Source of the DNA: an uncultured Gemmatimonadales bacterium
Lineage (GTDB): Bacteria > Gemmatimonadota > Gemmatimonadetes > Longimicrobiales > RSA9
Assembly: GCA_963816355.1 (NCBI GenBank)
Contig: CAWFKH010000003.1
Coordinates: forward strand, 512,001 to 576,000
Direction: 5' to 3'
Length of the DNA stretch: 64,000 nucleotides
The position numbers and the translations under genes were made by a program. The notes below the pieces were generated by a model. The model did not search any database and had not been told where the DNA came from. It was given only the letters and a program-made list of their open reading frames with translations. Of this stretch, positions 57,761-64,000 are shown in pieces; position 1 is the stretch's first letter; every line of letters begins with the position of its first letter.

Positions 57761-59050
57761 ATGCCGAAGTTCGTGGTCGAGGGGGGACATCCGCTGCGCG
57801 GAACGATCCGGCCCAGCGGCAACAAGAACGCCGCGTTGCCGATCCTGGCGGCGACCATCCTGACGGACGAGCCGGTCGTGCTCCACAACGTCCCCGACAT
57901 CCGCGACGTGCGCACGCTCGTCGAGCTGCTGCAGCGGCTCGGCGTGGGCGCGGAGTGGCTCGGCCCCAACTCCGTCCGCCTGCACGCCGCCGAAGTCGGA
58001 ATCTCCGAGCTGGACCCGGGCCTCGCCGCCCGCATCCGCGCCTCCATCCTGCTGCTCGGACCGATGCTCGGCCGCGTCGGCCGCATGAAGCTGCCGCCGC
58101 CCGGCGGCGACGTCATCGGCCGCCGTCGTCTCGACACCCATTTCCTGGCGCTCACGCGCCTCGGCGCGCGCATCGAGACCACCGGCCGCTACGAGCTGGA
58201 GACGAGCGGCCTCACCGGCGCCGACATCTTTCTCGACGAGCCGAGCGTGACGGCGACCGAGAACGCCGTGATGGCGGCCGTCCGCGCGCGCGGCCACACG
58301 CTGCTGCGCAACGCCGCCGCGGAGCCGCACGTGCAGGACCTGTGCGAGCTGCTGGTCAAGATGGGCGCGCACATCTCCGGGATCGGCACGCACCGCCTCG
58401 AGATCGAAGGCGTCGACCGCCTCCACGGCGTCGAGCACCGCATCGCGAGCGACCACATCGAGGTCGGCAGCTTCATCGGCCTCGCAGCCGTCACCCGCGG
58501 CGAGGTCCGGATCGAGGACGCCGCCGTGCGCCACCTCGACTCCACGCTCCTCGCCTACGAGCGCCTCGGCATCCACTGCGAGGTCCAGGGCGACGACCTG
58601 CTCGTGCCCGCGGCCCAGGAGCGCCAGGTCCGCATGGACCTCGGCGGCCACATCCCGAAGATCGACGACGGCCCCTGGCCCGCCTTCCCCGCGGACCTCA
58701 CCTCGATCGCGCTCGTCACCGCGACCCAGTGCCGCGGCACGATCCTCATTCACGAGAAGATGTTCGAGTCGCGCATGTTCTTCGCCGACAAGATGATCGG
58801 CATGGGCGCCCGCATCGTCATCTGCGATCCGCACCGCGCCGTCGTCGTGGGACCGTCGCGGCTGCACGCCGGCGTGGTCGAGAGCCCCGACATCCGCGCC
58901 GGCATGGCGCTCCTCATCGCCGCCCTCGGCGCCGAAGGCGAGAGCCACATCTACAACGTGCGCCAGATCGAACGCGGCTACGAACGCATCGACGACCGCC
59001 TGCGCGGCCTCGGCGCGCGCATCGAGCGGGAGGACTCCAGACAGGACTGA
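57761..59050 (+). CDS. murA: UDP-N-acetylglucosamine 1-carboxyvinyltransferase
   Basis: [47 protein letters not shown]. Confidence 0.95.
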   Translation: MPKFVVEGGHPLRGTIRPSGNKNAALPILAATILTDEPVVLHNVPDIRDVRTLVELLQRLGVGAEWLGPNSVRLHAAEVGISELDPGLAARIRASILLLGPMLGRVGRMKLPPPGGDVIGRRRLDTHFLALTRLGARIETTGRYELETSGLTGADIFLDEPSVTATENAVMAAVRARGHTLLRNAAAEPHVQDLCELLVKMGAHISGIGTHRLEIEGVDRLHGVEHRIASDHIEVGSFIGLAAVTRGEVRIEDAAVRHLDSTLLAYERLGIHCEVQGDDLLVPAAQERQVRMDLGGHIPKIDDGPWPAFPADLTSIALVTATQCRGTILIHEKMFESRMFFADKMIGMGARIVICDPHRAVVVGPSRLHAGVVESPDIRAGMALLIAALGAEGESHIYNVRQIERGYERIDDRLRGLGARIEREDSRQD

Positions 59051-59064
59051 CCCGGGAGGATCCG

Positions 59065-59397
59065 ATGGACGACAAGGAACGGCAGACCGGCGGACGGACG
59101 CGCGAGGGGTTCAGCGCATGGGTGGGCGTATTCGACGCGTTCCGCGACGCCCTCGAGGAGACGATCGACGAAATGCGCGACCGCAGCGAGATCGGCCCCG
59201 ACCGCGCCAAGGAGACCGTGCGCCGCACCATGCGCCGCGCGCAGGACGCCTTCGACGACGCGCGCGAGCGGCTCGATTTCGTGCCGCGGCGCGAGTTCGA
59301 GGTGCTGCGCGAGGAGCTCGAAGCGCTCCGCCGGCGCGTCGACGAGCTGGAACGGCCAGGCGGCGGCGACACCGGCGTTCCCGTCGACCGCGGCTGA
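59065..59397 (+). CDS. Phasin/UbiK(BMFP)-like coiled-coil protein
   Basis: LDFVPRREFEVLREELEALRRRVDELE; GGAGG SD. Confidence 0.65.
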   Translation: MDDKERQTGGRTREGFSAWVGVFDAFRDALEETIDEMRDRSEIGPDRAKETVRRTMRRAQDAFDDARERLDFVPRREFEVLREELEALRRRVDELERPGGGDTGVPVDRG

Positions 59398-60251
59398 TGA
59401 CGCCACCGGCGGATGCCAGGGCGGCCGACGCCGCCGGCGGTCCTCGTGCGTGGGCCGGCGGCGCCGGCGGCTCCGGCGCCGGGCCGGACCACCCTCCGGA
59501 CCCCGTGGTGCGCGAGAGCGCCGTCGCCTCGGATCCGCCGCTGTACGCTCATCCGGAGTGGGCCGATCGGTTCCCGTGGGCCTTCGCCGCGACGACCGGC
59601 CGCGGAAACGCCGCTGAGCCGTTCGACCTCGGCCTTTTCGGCGCGACGCCGGTGGGCACCTCGATGCGGCGGTGGCGCGCGGTGGCGCGCGCCGCCGGCT
59701 GCGCGCGTACGGCCCACGCGCGCCAGGTGCACGGCGCGCGCCTGCTGCGACACGCGGAAGGGGCGCCCGGCTTCCTCGTCTCCGACGGCTATGACGGCCA
59801 TCTCACCCGCGAGCCGGGCGTCCTTCTCGCCGTCTCGATCGCCGACTGCGTGCCGGTCTTCCTCCTCTCGCGCCGCGGTCGGGCGGTCGCGCTCCTGCAC
59901 GCCGGCTGGCGCGGCGTGGCCGCCGGCGTGCTGGAGCGGGGCGTCGCGGCACTCTGCGAGATGGCCGGGGCCGAGCCGGCGGAGCTGAGCGTCCACCTCG
60001 GTCCCGCCATCTGCGGCGCGTGCTACGAGGTCGGTCCAGAGGTCCACGAAGCGCTCGGCCTGCGGCCGCCGGATCGCAACACGCCGATCGACCTGCGGGC
60101 CGTCCTCGCCGGGCGCGCCCTCTCGCTGGGCGTGCCGCGGGCGGAGGTCACGCGCTCGAGCTGGTGCACCCGCTGCGGCGATTCCCCCTTCTTCTCGCAT
60201 CGCGGCGGCGACGCGGAGCGGCAGATGGCGCTGCTCGCGATCCGGCCGTGA
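59397..60251 (+). CDS. pgeF: PgeF/YfiH family (peptidoglycan editing factor / purine nucleoside enzyme)
   Basis: RQVHG, ADCVPV, HAGWRG, GPAICGACYEVG, FFSHR. Confidence 0.9.
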   Translation: MTPPADARAADAAGGPRAWAGGAGGSGAGPDHPPDPVVRESAVASDPPLYAHPEWADRFPWAFAATTGRGNAAEPFDLGLFGATPVGTSMRRWRAVARAAGCARTAHARQVHGARLLRHAEGAPGFLVSDGYDGHLTREPGVLLAVSIADCVPVFLLSRRGRAVALLHAGWRGVAAGVLERGVAALCEMAGAEPAELSVHLGPAICGACYEVGPEVHEALGLRPPDRNTPIDLRAVLAGRALSLGVPRAEVTRSSWCTRCGDSPFFSHRGGDAERQMALLAIRP

Positions 60252-60481
60252 CGTCGCGGCCGACTGAAATGGGAGCCGGTGCCGCGCGCGAGGCGCCGGA
60301 ACGAGGCCTCTGCGGCCGCTGTGCCTTCGCCCGCGCGATCGCCAACCGGCGCGGATCTCGATTCACGCTGTGCGGCCGCTCCCGTACCGATCCGCGCTTT
60401 CCGCGCTACCCCACGCTGCCCGTGCTCCGCTGCGCGGGCTTCGAGCCCCGCACCCCGAGAGAAGGAGGAGGCCCGCCATGA
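60248..60481 (+). CDS. Small four-cysteine hypothetical protein
   Basis: GLCGRCAFARAIANRRGSRFTLCGRSRTDPRFPRYPTLPVLRCAGFEP; GTGA and ATGA overlaps with both neighbours. Confidence 0.7.
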   Translation: MTSRPTEMGAGAAREAPERGLCGRCAFARAIANRRGSRFTLCGRSRTDPRFPRYPTLPVLRCAGFEPRTPREGGGPP

Positions 60482-60951
60482 GCGAGGAGCCGTTCTACGT
60501 CGCTCGCGCCGCCATCGAGAAGATCGCCGGCGTGCATCGCACGGCGCGCCTCGCGGCGACCGGCGACACGATCGAGTTCGGCGTCCACGGCGCGATCCGG
60601 CGCTTCTACGACCTCGAGACCGACGCCGACCGTCCGCTGCCGGTCGACTACATCGTCGCCGCCACCGGCGGCTGACTGCTCGGCACGCTCAACGGCGCGC
60701 TGGAGGCGCGCGGGATCGATCTGCCCGGCGACGCGGTGCGCGCCGACGTCGAGGGGGTCAACGAGGTGCGCGGCCGCGTGCCGGTGCTCGTCCGCATCCA
60801 CGTCCGGTACCAGCTGCGCATCCCGGCCGGCGCGCGCGAGGTGGTCGAACGCGCGCTCGCGCGGCACGTCGAAGGTTGTCCGACGGCGTGCTCGCTGAGG
60901 GGGGCCGTGGAGGTGAGCTGGGAGGCCGAGATCGAGGAGGCGGTCGCGTGA
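60478..60951 (+). CDS. OsmC/Ohr-family protein with in-frame UGA at codon 66 (probable selenocysteine)
   Basis: AGGAGGAGG SD and ATG; PVDYIVAATGG-TGA-LLGTLNGALEARGI continues in frame to HVEGCPTACSLRGAVEV; the TGA aligns with the first OsmC Cys. Confidence 0.8.
60676..60715 (+). promoter_or_regulatory. Putative bacterial SECIS element
   Basis: GCGCGC-TGGAG-GCGCGC stem-loop at 60695-60711; loop begins 25 nt after the UGA with G at loop position 2. Confidence 0.55.
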
Positions 60952-60991
60952 GATGGTCCGGTGGGGACCCCTTCGATCCCTTCGCGACCGG

Positions 60992-61020
60992 TTGCACGCA
61001 CCCGTAACTTTGTTTAAGTT
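60992..61020 (+). promoter_or_regulatory. Sigma-70 promoter of rimP-nusA-infB
   Basis: TTGCAC-N17-TAAGTT. Confidence 0.55.
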
Positions 61021-61062
61021 AGGGACGTAGGCCTTCGGGCGCGCCCAGAGGCGTGTCCGGCG

Positions 61063-61090
61063 AGAGTGGGGGAAGTCCCCCACTTTTTTA
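61063..61090 (+). terminator. rimP leader attenuator hairpin
   Basis: AGTGGGGG-AAGT-CCCCCACT-TTTTT just upstream of rimP, where a leader terminator is known in other bacteria. Confidence 0.75.
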
Positions 61091-61106
61091 TTGACAGAAG
61101 CGAACC

Positions 61107-61589
61107 GTGGACGACCTGGAGCGGGTACTCGAGAGCACGGTCGAGGCGCTCGGCTTCGAGCTCGTCGAGCTCGAGCGGGCGGGCGCGAAGGTGCGCCCGA
61201 TCCTGCGCCTGAGGATCGACCGTCCCGGCTCGGAGCCGGGCGACGGCGTCACGGTGGACGATTGTGCGCGTGTGAGTCGGGCCGTCGAGCCACTGCTCGA
61301 CGAGCGCCTCGGCGGTGCGCGCTACGTCGTCGAGGTGTCGTCACCGGGTCTCGAGCGGCCGCTGGTGCGTGCGCGCGACTTCCGCCGTTTCGCCGGCGAG
61401 GAGGTGGTGCTGAAGGGGTTCGGCCCTCTGGCGGATCGGAGCCGTCGTCTGGAGGGCGAGCTCCTGGGGGTCCGAGGGGAGGAGGGCGAGGAGCGGGTCG
61501 CGCTGCGGCTCGCGGACGGGACGGAGGTGGAGGTGGCTCGGAGCGCGATCGCGCACGCGCACCTCGTCTACCGTTGGGACGGGCGCTGA
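61107..61589 (+). CDS. rimP: Ribosome maturation factor RimP
   Basis: GFELVELE, LRLRIDR, GVTVDDCARVSR, YVVEVSSPGLERPL. Confidence 0.95.
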   Translation: MDDLERVLESTVEALGFELVELERAGAKVRPILRLRIDRPGSEPGDGVTVDDCARVSRAVEPLLDERLGGARYVVEVSSPGLERPLVRARDFRRFAGEEVVLKGFGPLADRSRRLEGELLGVRGEEGEERVALRLADGTEVEVARSAIAHAHLVYRWDGR

Positions 61590-61632
61590 GACGCCGCGTC
61601 GTAGTCACGTTCAGCAAGGCAGGGGTGGGAGT

Positions 61633-63240
61633 ATGGCCAACGCGACACAGGTGCTGGCGGCCTTCCGCGAGATGATCGCGAACAAGAGCATCTCTCGCGA
61701 GGAGCTCCACGACCTGATCCGGGACGGCCTCATGGCGGCGCTCGCGCGGCGGTTCGGCCCCAACGTCGAGGCGGAGATCGACATCGATGAGGACGCCGGC
61801 GAGATGCGCATCACCGTGCTGAAGGAGGTCGTGGAGACGCTCGAGGATTCCTCCCGCGAGGTGTCGCTCGAGGAGGCCCGCTGGGACGACCCGGACTTCG
61901 AGCCGGGCGACGTGCTCGAGATCCCCGTCGAGTTCCAGGAGTTCGGGCGCAACGCCGTCATGGCGGCGAAGCAGCGCATCATTCAGCGGCTGCGCGAGAA
62001 CGAGCGCGACCGCATCCGGGACGAGTACGCCGACCGCGAGGGCGAGCTGCTGAGCGGCGAGGTCCAGCAGGTCGAGCGCGGCAAGATCGTGATGATGCTG
62101 AACAAATCCCGGGATGCGGACGCGATCATCCCGTGGAAGGAGCAGAACCCGCGCGAGCGCTTCCGTCAGGGCGAGCCGATCCGCGCCGTGCTCAAGCGGG
62201 TCGAGGAAACCTCCAAGGGGCCGCGCCTCATCATGTCGCGCGCCGATCCGCTCTTCGTCGCCGCCCTCTTCAAGCTGGAGGTCCCCGAGATCTACCAGGG
62301 GATCGTCGAGGTGAAGGGGATCGCGCGCGAGGTCGGCGGCCGCACCAAGCTCGCCGTCGCGTCCCGCGACGAGTCGATCGACCCCGTCGGCGCCTGCGTC
62401 GGCATCAAGGGATCGCGCGTACAGGCGGTCGTGGGCGAGCTGGGCGGCGAGCGCATCGACATCGTGCCGTGGCACCCGGATCCGGAGATCTACGCCCGCC
62501 GGGCCCTTGCGCCCGCCCAGGTCGCCAAGGTGATCAGCGACGCCGAGCGCCGCGTCATCACCGCGATCGTCGACGAGGACCAGCTTTCGCTCGCCATCGG
62601 CCGCAACGGACAGAACGTGCGCCTCGCCAGCCAGCTCATCGGCTGGCAGATCGACCTCTACGGCAGCCGCGAGTGGCTCGAGCGCGGTGCGGACGAGGCG
62701 CTCTTCGGCGGCGCACAGCAGGAGTCCGAGTTCGAGGTCGCCGACTTCCCGCTCAGCGAGCTCGACCTGAAACCGTCGACTCTGGCGGCGCTGCAGGAGG
62801 CTGGATATACTACGTTTTTCGATATTATCGACCTCGAACGTGAGGAGCTGGTCGGCGTCCAGGGCGTGGGCGAGGAGGGTGCCGACGACGTGCTCCGCAT
62901 CATCGAGGAGCTGACCGTCGTCGAGGACGGCGGCGGCGAGAGCGCGGAGGCCGCGCGCGGTCCCTCCGAGGCGGATCTCGCCGAGGCCCGCGAGATCGGC
63001 GCCGCCCTTCTCGGCGTCGACATCGAGGAGACGTCGGCGGAGACCACGGAGGCGGCGCCAGCGGCCACCGATGCGGAAACGTCCGAGGCGGTCGAGGCGT
63101 CCAGCGACGCGGAAGCGTCGGACGAAGTCGAGGCGGCGCTGAGGGTCGAGGCGGAGGTCGCCGCCGGCGCCGACGCGGACTCGGAATCGGACGGCTCGAC
63201 GGAGGCCGGGGAGGGGAGCGACGCCGAACGCGGGAGCTGA
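61633..63240 (+). CDS. nusA: Transcription termination/antitermination factor NusA
   Basis: FGRNAVMAAKQ, S1 and KH domains (LEVPEI, DPVGACVGIKGSR, LAIGRNGQNVRLASQL), acidic C-tail. Confidence 0.96.
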   Translation: MANATQVLAAFREMIANKSISREELHDLIRDGLMAALARRFGPNVEAEIDIDEDAGEMRITVLKEVVETLEDSSREVSLEEARWDDPDFEPGDVLEIPVEFQEFGRNAVMAAKQRIIQRLRENERDRIRDEYADREGELLSGEVQQVERGKIVMMLNKSRDADAIIPWKEQNPRERFRQGEPIRAVLKRVEETSKGPRLIMSRADPLFVAALFKLEVPEIYQGIVEVKGIAREVGGRTKLAVASRDESIDPVGACVGIKGSRVQAVVGELGGERIDIVPWHPDPEIYARRALAPAQVAKVISDAERRVITAIVDEDQLSLAIGRNGQNVRLASQLIGWQIDLYGSREWLERGADEALFGGAQQESEFEVADFPLSELDLKPSTLAALQEAGYTTFFDIIDLEREELVGVQGVGEEGADDVLRIIEELTVVEDGGGESAEAARGPSEADLAEAREIGAALLGVDIEETSAETTEAAPAATDAETSEAVEASSDAEASDEVEAALRVEAEVAAGADADSESDGSTEAGEGSDAERGS

Positions 63241-63577
63241 GGCGGCGCTCGGCCTGCTCGGCCTTGCGGCGCGCGCGGGTCACGTCGTCCCGGGAACGGG
63301 CGCGGTTCGCGACGCGGTACGCGCCGGAGCCGTGGTCTTCGTGATCGTGGCGGCGGACGCGTCGCAGAACACGTGGGACCGACTGCTGCCGCTGCTGGCG
63401 GCACGGAACGTCGCTCACGTGGTGGGGTTCGAGCGGGCGGCGCTGGGTGGTGCGGTCGGCCGCTCGTCGCTCGGTGCGGTCGGACTGCGAGCGGGACCGC
63501 TCGCGCGCCGGCTCGCCGCGCTGCTCGGAGCGGACGGCGCGGAGGGCGCAGCAGGCAATTCGGAACAGGTGGTTTGA
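63221..63577 (+). CDS. L7Ae/YlxQ-family RNA-binding protein (start uncertain, non-canonical)
   Basis: ALGLLGLAARAGHVVPG..AVRDAVRAG...VIVAADAS...LGGAVGR; usual position between nusA and infB. Confidence 0.8.
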   Translation, partial: TPNAGAEAALGLLGLAARAGHVVPGTGAVRDAVRAGAVVFVIVAADASQNTWDRLLPLLAARNVAHVVGFERAALGGAVGRSSLGAVGLRAGPLARRLAALLGADGAEGAAGNSEQVV

Positions 63578-63584
63578 AGAGACG

Positions 63585-64000
63585 ATGCGCGTCTACGAAG
63601 TTGCGAGGGAACTGAGCGTCGAGCCGGATGCGCTGATCCAGCTCCTGCGGGAGCTGGGTGCGCAGGTGCGTACCGAGGCGTCGAGCATCGACGACGGCGT
63701 CGTCGCCAAGGTGCGGGCGCGTCTGGAGCGCGAGCGGCGCGCGGGGCACGAGGACCGCAGCGAGGCGATCGAGGCGGCGATCGAGGACGCGCACGTCTCG
63801 ACGCGCCGGCGGCGGCGTCGTCGCAAGGCGGACGAAGTCGAGGAGGAGGTCGCCGAGAGCGCCTCCGCGGCGGCGGACGCGGCGGAGGCGATGGCGGCGG
63901 AGGCGGCCGAGGAAGTGGCGGCGGCGGGCGAGCCGATCGCGGAGGAAGCGGTCGAGGAGGCGGAGGAAGCGGTCGAGGAGGTGCTGGCGTCCGCGGGCCC
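63585..64000 (+). CDS. infB: Translation initiation factor IF-2, N-terminal part (3' truncated by the window)
   Basis: MRVYEVARELSV...LLRELG...ASSIDD IF2_N motif; follows rimP-nusA-ylxQ. Confidence 0.88.
   Translation, partial: MRVYEVARELSVEPDALIQLLRELGAQVRTEASSIDDGVVAKVRARLERERRAGHEDRSEAIEAAIEDAHVSTRRRRRRRKADEVEEEVAESASAAADAAEAMAAEAAEEVAAAGEPIAEEAVEEAEEAVEEVLASAG

Noticed and set aside
60478..60951. Two separate ORFs or a nonsense pseudogene, as in the ORF track
   Set aside because: The stop is TGA exactly at the catalytic Cys position, both halves are intact and in frame, and a hairpin follows; recoding explains this better, though it is unproven

Overview
Very GC-rich bacterial chromosomal segment. 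Gene content and order suggest Gemmatimonadota, which is an inference. It holds about 60 tightly packed, mostly housekeeping CDSs. These include a TolC/MFP/ABC export operon ending in bshB1, sensor kinases, degP, comM, larE with a cysteine desulfurase, lepB, a sigma-70 factor, rplM-rpsI-rpsB-tsf-pyrH-frr-cdsA-dxr-rseP, serS, a UvrD/PcrA helicase, gatCAB, murA and rimP-nusA-ylxQ-infB. I saw no tRNA, rRNA, integrase, transposase or cas genes. The strongest hidden signal is an OsmC/Ohr-fold protein at 60478-60951 that the ORF track splits in two. Its in-frame TGA sits at the catalytic Cys position and is followed by a SECIS-like hairpin, so it is probably a selenoprotein. Other notable items: (1) an Fe-S-type LarE coupled to a free copy of its C-terminal domain and a dedicated desulfurase, with no other lar genes; (2) a PII-like/antiporter operon with an intact NAD-synthetase glutaminase subunit and a degenerate synthetase partner; (3) a Cys-to-Asp (fosfomycin-insensitive type) MurA; (4) several genes that seem to need CTG or ACG starts; (5) a SigW-like ECF promoter; (6) a C-rich repeat block upstream of rplM. 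All product calls come from motif recognition by eye; no database searches were run.
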